DNA of 24,074 nt, from positions 1 through 24,074 of IMG/VR virus record IMGVR_UViG_3300048008_000030. The stretch is one strand, 5' to 3'. The notes beneath the pieces were generated by a model that was not told the origin of the DNA, did no database searches, and saw only the letters and a list, made by a program, of their open reading frames with translations. Position numbers and translations under genes: made by a program. How positions within the stretch are numbered: the stretch's first letter is position 1; every line of letters starts with the position of its first letter. This DNA comes from a virus (Duplodnaviria; Caudoviricetes). Shown in pieces: positions 16,180 to 24,074 of the stretch.

Positions 16180-16893
16180 CTACAAGAACACTTTCTTCTT
16201 GTGGTATTTACTTTTGTATAGCTTGGTAAAGGACTGAAAGAACTTAGTCGTTACTTTCTTTCTCTGTAGATCACTGCCTTCCTCAACAGCATGAGTCCAA
16301 TCCTCTCTTTTAAAAGGCATTACTTGTATCAATGGTGTCCCTGGTGAATACAATGTTTCTTCCGCAGGTCCCTTATAAATAAAAGGAAAGTTTACTTCGG
16401 TAAGACCATCAGTATCTACAATGGCTGGTAGTATTTCGAAGTCTCCTCTGTGGTAAAACGGGGAGAAGAAAAGGCAAGAGTACCCCGGAGGAGTTTCAAT
16501 TCTCCAAGGGCTTACGAACTTAAAGATAAGACCCCCGTCAGTTTCTTCCGCCAATGGCGATCCGTGGACCTGCTCTCTCCTATGATCTGTTATTACCTCA
16601 ACGTTTGAATCAGGCCAGTGAAAACCTAACGTTCCGTTGCTTCCTTTTTTGACCAAGAGTTCCTGCCACAAAGGTATGATGTACCCAGAAGTTAAAAAAT
16701 CTTGAACCGGAACACACGCTTTGAGGGTGAGATACTTATCTACAACCCCGTTTATAGCCGTCACGTCCAACTTTCTTTGTGGTCCTATATGACGAGTCAT
16801 ATCTTTGTACCAATTAGGTACATGCTTTTTTGCAGGAGTTGGATGCTCTAACTCTATGTACTCTGGTTTTTGGGACGTGAATGTTATCTTCAT
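16180..16893 (-). CDS. DUF6065-like protein (divergent dUTPase-like beta-clip fold)
   Basis: PNWYK, TLKACVPVQDFLTSGYIIPLW, KFVSPWRIETPPGYSCLF, PAIVDTD, NFPF, GTPLIQVMPFKREDW. Confidence 0.7.
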   Translation of the reverse strand: MKITFTSQKPEYIELEHPTPAKKHVPNWYKDMTRHIGPQRKLDVTAINGVVDKYLTLKACVPVQDFLTSGYIIPLWQELLVKKGSNGTLGFHWPDSNVEVITDHRREQVHGSPLAEETDGGLIFKFVSPWRIETPPGYSCLFFSPFYHRGDFEILPAIVDTDGLTEVNFPFIYKGPAEETLYSPGTPLIQVMPFKREDWTHAVEEGSDLQRKKVTTKFFQSFTKLYKSKYHKKKVFL

Positions 16894-17126
16894 TCATCTA
16901 TCTCTCGATAGGTAAATCCTTCTCCTGTAACTGCTACATGTAGTCCTTTACCACCAAAGAGTTTTATAAGCTCGTCGGATTCCGCTTCGACTTCTGCTAA
17001 TACCTCTCGATCTTTAAGGGCCGCAGCACAGTTTATAGCGATTGCTATGTAGTCTATGATGGCATCGATTTGTAATTGATGCATCTGTTTGAATCCTACA
17101 GTTTTAATGTCCTCTAGTTCCATCAT
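16890..17126 (-). CDS. Hypothetical protein (about 78 aa)
   Basis: ATG at 17126 overlaps the polymerase TGA (ATGA); its stop overlaps the next ATG. Start moved from 17141. Confidence 0.7.
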   Translation of the reverse strand: MMELEDIKTVGFKQMHQLQIDAIIDYIAIAINCAAALKDREVLAEVEAESDELIKLFGGKGLHVAVTGEGFTYREIDE

Positions 17127-19057
17127 TCTATTTCTCCCCAATGGTCTTTGATATCAACGTCGATCTTGGATGGGATTGCTAAAGGCATTCCGGTCTCCAT
17201 GATTTCTTTTATTTTAGATGCCTGTTCGTCACTCTCAATACTAAAACATAACTCGTCGTGCACAGTAAGCATCGGAGTAAGTCCTTCGTTGTAGCAATCA
17301 AGCATCGCCTTCTTAGTCTGGTCGGCTGCTGATCCTTGGATCAACTTGTTTAGTGCCTTGTATGTGAACGCTCTTCGTATGCCCCTGCCCCCAGGACCCC
17401 CGTACTCCTTCACAGCTTCGTCGTAAGGCAGCGGTTTGCCTATTCCGAATGTCACAGGCTCCCAAAGGTGGAAGCGGCATCTACGGCCCATTAGAGTGCG
17501 TATCTGACCGTTCTTATCCCCCTGCTTAGTGGCAAGGTCTGCCAAACCTTTTACGAAAGGAACCTTCGTGTGGTGTCGGCTGATCAAATCCTTGGCTGCT
17601 TCTTTAGAAATCCCAAGCTGATCAGCTAGTTTTGCCACGCCCATACCGTACATGATTCCAAGGTTCACAGTCTTTGCTTGCTTACGAGTGATGTTTGCAA
17701 GGTCCGCTACCATTTGATGCAGGTCAACATCCCCTGTGTTAAACTCTGAAACGATCTGATCAACGATAGGATTGCGAATCGTGGACGGAACTAACGAAGC
17801 AAAGTGAACCAGTAACCTCGGCTCTTGGCTTGAGTAGTCAAACGATCCCCACTTCTGCCCCTCTTCGGGTATGAATATCCCCCGTATATAACGTTTGATA
17901 TCTGGGTCCCGAGCAGGAAGCTGCTGTAGGTTTGGGTTTGAGGAAGAAAATCTTCCGGTAACCGTTCCCCCAGAATCCCTGCGGGTAGAGTGTAGCTCCG
18001 TGTGGATTCTTCCGTTGTGCTCATGACGCAGGATACTATCAATGAAAGTACTGTCGGCTTTGTCAAACTCTCTTAGCTTAACTAAGATCTGTGCAACTCT
18101 CTCCGGATGCTCGTTAAGAAAACTTTTTGTAAACGATGGAGCCCCTTTCTCTGTGCGAGGATATTCCATCTTCAACTTATCAAACATCTTTTGAATAGAC
18201 GCAGATGCCCAGATGTCTACTTCCATCCCTGCTTCTTTCTCCAACATCCCCCTAAGAAGTTTGCTTTGCTTTTGCAGAGCCTTTTTGTTTTCATCGGCTC
18301 GATCAAGATCAACACGCACACCCTTGGTTCTCATGTCCAAGATACACCGGATCAATCCTGTCTCCATGTTCCAGACATCCCACAACTCTTCTTTGTCCAG
18401 ATGAACTTTTAACGCAGTCCATAGTTTAAGTGTGGCTACCGCATCTTGTTCCGCATAATCCCCCACAAATTTAGGAGGGAGCTTATACATTTCAGACTTA
18501 GGGTTGACTCCGAAATCTGCAGCCGCCGCCTTGAGTAGCTGTTCATTCTTTCGAACCCCTGCATAATCACGGGCCATAGCATCTAGGCCAAACGACCAAC
18601 GGTTCTCATCGACCAAGGCTCCGGTCACCATGGTGTCGATGATCCTACCCTTAATCTCCACACCTTCTGCTCTCAACCAACCTGCGTCATAGGTTGCATT
18701 GTGCATAATCACATCCATCTCAGGAACTGATAGCTGTTTCTTGATCCACTTGAGCGTGATCCTCGGGTCCATGTTGTGACCGTTCTCATGCCGCATAGGA
18801 AAATACCCTTTGTATTCTCCGGCAGCGACAGCAATCCCAATGATATGTCCGTTGTTCGTGGCCCATCCAGGGCCGAGTGTGGTGAGGTTAGGGTCTTTTG
18901 TTTCCAGATCAACAGCCACCTCCTTGTACCCTGTAAGATCAGGGAACTCAGTTGGGATGTTCCAATCAGTTTCAATCACGTTCAACTCACCTTTGAGTTG
19001 GTAATTAAGATCACTGGAATCACCGCTATCTTCTGTAAACAAAAACTTCTGACTCAT
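17123..19057 (-). CDS. polA: Phage family A DNA polymerase with 3'-5' exonuclease
   Basis: Exo I VDLET, Exo II HNATYD, Exo III YAEQD; TGRFSSSNPNLQQ; motif A DYSSQEPR; motif B RKQAKTVNLGIMYG; motif C VHDEL. No 5'-3' exonuclease domain. Confidence 0.97.
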   Translation of the reverse strand: MSQKFLFTEDSGDSSDLNYQLKGELNVIETDWNIPTEFPDLTGYKEVAVDLETKDPNLTTLGPGWATNNGHIIGIAVAAGEYKGYFPMRHENGHNMDPRITLKWIKKQLSVPEMDVIMHNATYDAGWLRAEGVEIKGRIIDTMVTGALVDENRWSFGLDAMARDYAGVRKNEQLLKAAAADFGVNPKSEMYKLPPKFVGDYAEQDAVATLKLWTALKVHLDKEELWDVWNMETGLIRCILDMRTKGVRVDLDRADENKKALQKQSKLLRGMLEKEAGMEVDIWASASIQKMFDKLKMEYPRTEKGAPSFTKSFLNEHPERVAQILVKLREFDKADSTFIDSILRHEHNGRIHTELHSTRRDSGGTVTGRFSSSNPNLQQLPARDPDIKRYIRGIFIPEEGQKWGSFDYSSQEPRLLVHFASLVPSTIRNPIVDQIVSEFNTGDVDLHQMVADLANITRKQAKTVNLGIMYGMGVAKLADQLGISKEAAKDLISRHHTKVPFVKGLADLATKQGDKNGQIRTLMGRRCRFHLWEPVTFGIGKPLPYDEAVKEYGGPGGRGIRRAFTYKALNKLIQGSAADQTKKAMLDCYNEGLTPMLTVHDELCFSIESDEQASKIKEIMETGMPLAIPSKIDVDIKDHWGEIE

Positions 19058-19377
19058 TTATTTAGCACCTTGTCTAATCTATTAGAGATCTCTTTCTCTC
19101 GATCAGAAAAATCTGACCCCAAAGCGCTATACCCACACTTATCAATCCAAGAATCCTCATGATCTAGCCCGTTCAAAAGACGGGCGGACTTAACCCAATC
19201 CATCATGATCGCAACATGTTGCGCTGTAATGTATCCATGAGTGCGTAGTGCCTCTCGTACTATTATATTCCATCCGTCAGCAATACGCGAGAAGTTATCG
19301 TGGGCATCTCCATAGTCCTTGGCTCTCTGCCCATTGATCAGTTCTTTTGCCTGATCCAATACTTTATCTCTTTTCAT
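19054..19377 (-). CDS. DUF6378 domain protein
   Basis: R..DYGDAHDNFSRIA..W, VAIMMDWVKSAR, HEDSWIDKCGYSAL; ATGA overlaps on both sides. Confidence 0.85.
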   Translation of the reverse strand: MKRDKVLDQAKELINGQRAKDYGDAHDNFSRIADGWNIIVREALRTHGYITAQHVAIMMDWVKSARLLNGLDHEDSWIDKCGYSALGSDFSDREKEISNRLDKVLNK

Positions 19378-20903
19378 AGCGTGTACCTATACTTGTTACT
19401 GGATTGTAGGATATACAGATTGTGCCGCGCTCTTGTGATGGCGACATAAAATGCTCGGTGTTCATCATCGGGAAATCTAGTGTCATAACAAGCCTTGGTC
19501 GAAGCAGTCCAAACCATACAGTTGTCATCTTCACCGCCCTTCATGGCGTGGAAAGTCGATACCTTGATACGAGGTTCTGATAGAAGATTCTCTCCTCTGC
19601 GAAAGATAGCGTCGATGTACTCCTGCTCCGCACCAGATACGTTGAAGATTTCATACCCCCCGTAAGCTGCATCTTTCAGTAGACCGTAATCTTTCATCAG
19701 TTCTCTCATAGACAACATGGTCTCTGCGGGTAAGGCATCGAGCAACTGCGTAGCTCCTCGGCGCACAACTGCATCTACGCCCTGTTTCTTTACAGACTCG
19801 TAGATCCTTTTGACCTCGGGCAACGTTATAGACTCATCTTTACACAGGCTTTCCCAAGCCAATAGGTTGTGCACTAACGTTTCGGAAAGACTAGACTTAC
19901 CATTGCGTGAGTATTTGTAACCCTGTCCTCGCAACCAGTTCGCCATCTCAGATACATATCCATTAGTCCTTGCCATCAATGTCCAAGACCCCTCATGGAT
20001 TGGAGCTTCAGACAGGTAGTTGACGTACTCTACCTTGCCTTCTTCCTCACGGGCAGTGAACACCTTCTCATGCCGACCAGTAATTCTTTTAGATATTGAC
20101 TGCGCGAGTCGGTGAACCGACTTGGGAATGCGATACGACTGACTAAGAACCTCGATGTTGTCAGAACTTTTGTTGAACTCTGATACTTCGACCCCCGTCC
20201 ATCGGTGGATAGCCTGATCATCATCCCCTGCAATCCAAACAAACTCAGACTTTTCCGCTATCTTTCTCGCCATATCCCACTGCAGTGGAGTGAAGTCTTG
20301 AGCCTCATCAATAAACAAGTAGTCCAGATTAGGAGTCTCACCGTGCTCGATAAACTTCTCGATCATGTCTACAAAATCATACTTGTCTGTAGACATTTTG
20401 TATTCAGCTAACTGTTTAGATAGCTGATCCAACTTGGCGTGGAACAAATTCCAATCGGCTTCCTCATTGTACTCCTGATCGATACTGATCTTTCTCAAAC
20501 GTGCGCGATTATCTAGCTGAAGATACCGAGCACCTGACCCTCCAACCGTGGGCAATGTAACACCACCGTCTAAAGACGTGTAGTCTTTGCCTTCAAACGT
20601 CAGGCCAATCTCTCTGCCTATGTTGGCATAGTCCTCGGGCCCCATGATATCAGTAGTCTTGAGACCCAGACTATGGAATCCAAAGGCATGTGTAGTCTTC
20701 ATGTAAGGAAAGTCTTTGGGCTCTAGCTTGAACTTAACACAGGCTCGAGCAATCATTTCCTCGATGGCCTTTCTTGTAAAAGAAATAACTCCAATACGAG
20801 AGGGATGAGCGCCGGAGTCTAGTGCCGCCTCTATCTCTTGTATCAAGCGATAAGTTTTACCACACCCAGGTGGACCTAGCAGAAGCTTACTGTTCTGTAT
20901 CAT
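19374..20903 (-). CDS. UvrD/Rep-like superfamily 1 DNA helicase
   Basis: GPPGCGKT, ISFTRKA, FIDEAQD, GDDDQAI, LSQSYR, STFHAMKGGE, FYVAITRAR. Confidence 0.95.
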   Translation of the reverse strand: MIQNSKLLLGPPGCGKTYRLIQEIEAALDSGAHPSRIGVISFTRKAIEEMIARACVKFKLEPKDFPYMKTTHAFGFHSLGLKTTDIMGPEDYANIGREIGLTFEGKDYTSLDGGVTLPTVGGSGARYLQLDNRARLRKISIDQEYNEEADWNLFHAKLDQLSKQLAEYKMSTDKYDFVDMIEKFIEHGETPNLDYLFIDEAQDFTPLQWDMARKIAEKSEFVWIAGDDDQAIHRWTGVEVSEFNKSSDNIEVLSQSYRIPKSVHRLAQSISKRITGRHEKVFTAREEEGKVEYVNYLSEAPIHEGSWTLMARTNGYVSEMANWLRGQGYKYSRNGKSSLSETLVHNLLAWESLCKDESITLPEVKRIYESVKKQGVDAVVRRGATQLLDALPAETMLSMRELMKDYGLLKDAAYGGYEIFNVSGAEQEYIDAIFRRGENLLSEPRIKVSTFHAMKGGEDDNCMVWTASTKACYDTRFPDDEHRAFYVAITRARHNLYILQSSNKYRYTL

Positions 20904-21114
20904 AGTCTTTTCCTCTTGGTCGTTGGTTAACCCAATCCTCTATCTCTTCGAGAACCCAACGGCTGGCGGATCTTCTATTGTGCTCACTGCCAAGCACGAT
21001 AGGTTGGGGGAAGCTTGAGTCTGTTTGTGCCAGTTTGTAAACGTATGACTTAGATACCCCAAGCAGATCGGCTACTTCGGATACCCTCATCAGCTTGTTA
21101 GAACGGGATGTCAT
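20887..21114 (-). CDS. AlpA / excisionase-like helix-turn-helix protein
   Basis: LMRVSEVADLLGVSKSYVYKL...FPQPIVLG...SRWVLEEIEDW. AAGGAG RBS before ATG 21114 (start moved from 21156). Confidence 0.85.
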   Translation of the reverse strand: MTSRSNKLMRVSEVADLLGVSKSYVYKLAQTDSSFPQPIVLGSEHNRRSASRWVLEEIEDWVNQRPRGKDYDTEQ

Positions 21115-22630
21115 TTGATATCTCCTTAATTGGTAGTTCAACTTCGCCTTCGTCAAAGGCAGGAATTATCCAACACCTAAGAGTAGATTTTATTTCGCCT
21201 TTCGGGCTGCGCTTAACGATGTTCTGCTTGCCAGTGTCTCCACCCATGTCTCGAATCATCTGCATAAGCTGACCTCTGGTTGGCCCAGAGAATCTACGGT
21301 GATGCAGGTACTCCAACAAACCATCTAGTTTAAACTTCGTTGTACCTCCATCCGTCCATGGCTTGCCCATATCCATTTCCTCTGGGGACATGGCTCGTAC
21401 ATGGCTTGTGCAATAGTTACGCAAGTGATCTTTAAACTGTCCTGCGATTGTCAGTTCCGGAGGCACTTCTAAGAAGGTCGCACCTTGCATCAAACTATTG
21501 ACCAGTTGCTGCCACTTCTGAGGTTTCATAGTCGGAGGCATCATGTTCTTTTGATCCATGCAAGCACGTTGGAACAACGTCTGATTCTGGAGTTGCTCAG
21601 TGCTCAACTGTATTCTGTCTCCATCCACGTCCATAAAAAACAGGCGAGGCTCAGACAGCATGATCGTAAGACCGCCAACAGTGACAGCGTCCGGTGCATC
21701 ATTACCTATCCCAAACTTTCTCGTAGCGCATACTGCAGGATCACAGTAACTCCGCATCGGTTCATCTTTACAGGTGTAGAGATATTCTTTTTTCTCATGC
21801 TGCTTTGTGAGATTTACGATCTCACTCGAGGGCAGAGGCGGACTAGCTAGTGTCCGGTTGTACCCTTCAAACTCTTGTTGCCACTGATCTGGGCTCTTCA
21901 TCTTGCAGTACCGAGCCACGTTAAACAGCGTGTTGTTTCTAAACTCTGTTACAGGTCCATCTGAAAACAAATGCTCGAGGCAAGGAGGTCCATCAGTAAA
22001 GTGTTGGCGGGGCTTGGATAAGCGCATCCCCTCGAGGTCGCTTAAAGATACCCTGGATTTATCCACTGTGTCTAGAAACTCGTCTAACTCCATAGCCTCT
22101 GTCTTAGAATTAAAGGCATACCGTTGTGGTAGATCCGCGTTAAAGTATGGCATGTTGATAAAGTTACCAACGTCCCCTCTTTCCGCGATGATGGTGTCCT
22201 GTTTGGGGAACACCTCACAACCACTGTGTCCTAATGCAATGGACATCTCAGTCAAATAATCTCGGATGTCTGCAGCTTGTTCCCAATCTTTTAAGAACAA
22301 ATACAAGTGAGCACCGCCCGACTTGGATCGACAATGAACCAAAGGAAGCTTTAACTTCTGGATTTTGTCCTGCATTTCGTTGTGGTTTAGATCGTATACA
22401 TCTATGTCAAGCGCACCGAACTGGCACTTGTTCTCTTCATTTATAGGGATTGCTCCTACACCGCTCTTCCCGTCGATGTGCAACTGCACTAACGCCTCGG
22501 TCAATGGCTCTCGGACAATCATGCTTTTTGAATCTGCTTTTCCATTGCGGCCCACCCGTCCTACGGTTGTAGTACCGTGTGCAGATTTGGCCCCAAGAAA
22601 AGAGGCAAGCAATCTTCCTGCTTGTGTCAT
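21098..22630 (-). CDS. Archaeo-eukaryotic primase (AEP) superfamily primase with helical Cys-containing domain
   Basis: DxD motif (ALDIDVYD), RSKSGGAHLYLF, EVFPKQ, GNFINMPY; then PPC..RNNTLF PriCT-like region. AGGAG RBS at 22641-22637. Confidence 0.85.
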   Translation of the reverse strand: MTQAGRLLASFLGAKSAHGTTTVGRVGRNGKADSKSMIVREPLTEALVQLHIDGKSGVGAIPINEENKCQFGALDIDVYDLNHNEMQDKIQKLKLPLVHCRSKSGGAHLYLFLKDWEQAADIRDYLTEMSIALGHSGCEVFPKQDTIIAERGDVGNFINMPYFNADLPQRYAFNSKTEAMELDEFLDTVDKSRVSLSDLEGMRLSKPRQHFTDGPPCLEHLFSDGPVTEFRNNTLFNVARYCKMKSPDQWQQEFEGYNRTLASPPLPSSEIVNLTKQHEKKEYLYTCKDEPMRSYCDPAVCATRKFGIGNDAPDAVTVGGLTIMLSEPRLFFMDVDGDRIQLSTEQLQNQTLFQRACMDQKNMMPPTMKPQKWQQLVNSLMQGATFLEVPPELTIAGQFKDHLRNYCTSHVRAMSPEEMDMGKPWTDGGTTKFKLDGLLEYLHHRRFSGPTRGQLMQMIRDMGGDTGKQNIVKRSPKGEIKSTLRCWIIPAFDEGEVELPIKEISNDIPF

Positions 22631-22641
22631 GGGTGTCTCCT

Positions 22642-22681
22642 AAAAAAAGGCTCACGCTAACGGCCCGTGTCAGCGTGAGCC
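22642..22681 (-). terminator. Rho-independent terminator after the SSB-like gene
   Basis: Perfect 10-bp stem GGCTCACGCT (22649-22658) / AGCGTGAGCC (22672-22681), 13-nt loop with extra pairing, then 7 U on the - strand (A at 22642-22648). Confidence 0.9.
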
Positions 22682-22688
22682 AAACTAC

Positions 22689-23486
22689 TTAAAACGGGAT
22701 GGAATCATCATCCTGTACAGAACTCACAGTTGCCTGATGTTCTGGGTCTTTAGCAGCTTTTAGTTCTCCGGCAGCAACACTGCTGCGGAAGGTGAGAGCC
22801 TCTTGAAGAAGGTCACGGTCATTGACCAAACCAATCTTCTCGATTGAATAGTTAAACCAAGTACCTTGGTCATTGCTTTCCTCGACAGTGCTGAACTTCC
22901 ACTGGGTTGCGAACAACGGTGGTAGAACCATGGCCCCTGTCTTCGGATGCTTAACCTTTTGCATTGCGATCTGTGTCTTCCAACGGCGACTGACCTTCAA
23001 CTGTGTGGACTTCATGTCGATCACAACAGGTTGAGAGATACCATCGGCATCGATCACCAAACAAAAGTGTTGGTCTGACTTGACCAGTTCATTACCGTTA
23101 GGCAATATTTCTTTTGAGCCAGAGCGAGTAGTCTGTTGAAGAACCGGATCGGTTGCATCAATCTCGCCTTGGTAACCGCCGCCCATGTCACGCGGGATAA
23201 ACTCAAGGTACTTTGTGCTTTGATAGCAGGGCAATACTGTGATGCCCTCTTCACCAGAGAACTTATCTCCAGTAACAGTGTTGAACATATCCCCTTGCTC
23301 TGCACCTTCAATGTACTCTGCTTCCCTCTTCTTTAACTGGGGAGACATAGCTTGAAGTATACGAACAAACGGGATCTGCATTTCGTCTGCGGCAAAGGTT
23401 GCACCTTCACCTGCAAACTCTAAGATATCGTCCATGATATCGGTTGAGACTGCGGTCTCTTTCTTTTTTGCAACTGCGTTAGCCAT
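22689..23486 (-). CDS. Putative phage single-stranded DNA-binding protein
   Basis: IPFVRILQAMSPQ, YIEGAEQGDMFNTVT, MKSTQLKVSRRW, aromatic beta strands (GTWFNY), acidic tail QDDDSIPF; upstream of primase. Confidence 0.7.
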   Translation of the reverse strand: MANAVAKKKETAVSTDIMDDILEFAGEGATFAADEMQIPFVRILQAMSPQLKKREAEYIEGAEQGDMFNTVTGDKFSGEEGITVLPCYQSTKYLEFIPRDMGGGYQGEIDATDPVLQQTTRSGSKEILPNGNELVKSDQHFCLVIDADGISQPVVIDMKSTQLKVSRRWKTQIAMQKVKHPKTGAMVLPPLFATQWKFSTVEESNDQGTWFNYSIEKIGLVNDRDLLQEALTFRSSVAAGELKAAKDPEHQATVSSVQDDDSIPF

Positions 23487-24046
23487 TATGATTTCCTCTT
23501 GATTACAGCGGTGTTAGAAATGAATGCCCCGAACAGGTCGAGATCGATTGGTTTACCATCAGTGATTCGTTCTTTGACGAATGCTTTCAATGTTGATGGG
23601 TGGACATGTGTCTTGGTCTTAGGTTCGAAGCCTCGTTCACGCAGGACGCCGACTGCGTCTCCTGCCAAGTTGTCTTCGCCTTTACCAAACGACACAGTGA
23701 TATCGTTCTTAATGATATCATCGAGCCCGTTTGATCTGAGCCAATCGAACGCTTGATCTTTGTTCGCGACAGGGATTGATGCTGCCACAATCATTTTACG
23801 TTCTACGGTCATACCGTCTACATCCAAACGCTCGACGCCCATCTCATCCATCAAGGCAGGGATGCCTTCAACAGATAGTTTGTGCTTCTCTGCTTTGAGT
23901 GCTTTAATGTGGGACTCGGCATCCTCGATCTGGGACTCAACGTTTCGCAACGTGCGTACCAAATGACTAAGCTGTTTGCCTGTCCCTGTATCAACTCGAC
24001 TGACTGCGTCAGCCTCATCGAATATGTCTTCAAATATATCGTTCAT
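23486..24046 (-). CDS. Conserved phage protein with N-terminal coiled coil (function unknown)
   Basis: GAGG RBS; motifs IPALMDEMG, AFDWLRSNGLDDIIK, VHPSTLKAFVKE recognised from phage replication regions; TAATG-coupled to the SSB-like gene. Confidence 0.8.
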   Translation of the reverse strand: MNDIFEDIFDEADAVSRVDTGTGKQLSHLVRTLRNVESQIEDAESHIKALKAEKHKLSVEGIPALMDEMGVERLDVDGMTVERKMIVAASIPVANKDQAFDWLRSNGLDDIIKNDITVSFGKGEDNLAGDAVGVLRERGFEPKTKTHVHPSTLKAFVKERITDGKPIDLDLFGAFISNTAVIKRKS

Positions 24047-24074
24047 AAGTTTTTCCTCTTCAGGGTTGATTTGT

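Noticed and set aside
16180-16893. Calling the DUF6065-like gene dut (dUTPase)
   Set aside because: Motifs 1, 2 and 5 of trimeric dUTPases are not recognisable; only fold-level resemblance.
287-22036. Frequent CTCGAG (13 noted: 287, 9337, 9682, 10827, 11847, 12638, 13694, 14948, 15884, 20744, 21825, 21974, 22031)
   Set aside because: Many arise from NCT-CGA-G or CTC-GAG codon pairs, all lie inside genes with no positional pattern, and I cannot run a codon-aware enrichment test.
24047-24074. Possible promoter for the replication block at the window edge
   Set aside because: Only 28 nt visible; an RBS is present but no complete -35/-10 pair can be read.

Overview
24-kb stretch of a tailed dsDNA phage genome with podovirus-like architecture. 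From memory it resembles marine alphaproteobacterial podophages such as the HTVC023P type; this was not verified by search. It is almost fully coding and organised as two convergent, translationally coupled gene blocks. The + strand block (<1-16179) is the virion module. It starts with a tail fibre carrying a cupredoxin-like insert and a C-terminal peptidase-S74 chaperone, then a beta-repeat protein, a second fibre and a T-even gp38-like glycine-rich adhesin. A five-gene cassette follows (hypothetical, Cys-rich DUF6171-like protein, three different 2OG-Fe(II) oxygenases), then a P22 gp10-like tail hub, two small proteins (one absent from the ORF track) and four putative ejection proteins, the last 1371 aa. 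The - strand block (24046-16180) is the replication module: conserved phage protein, SSB-like protein, intrinsic terminator, AEP primase, AlpA-like HTH, UvrD helicase, DUF6378, family A DNA polymerase (Leu762 type), hypothetical and DUF6065-like protein. The best candidate for a new system is the receptor-binding locus: two fibres sharing one tip motif, a gp38-like adhesin and a coupled triple-oxygenase cassette that may modify virion proteins. No rRNA, tRNA, CRISPR array, integrase or transposase was seen. All family assignments are motif recognition by eye, not database hits.
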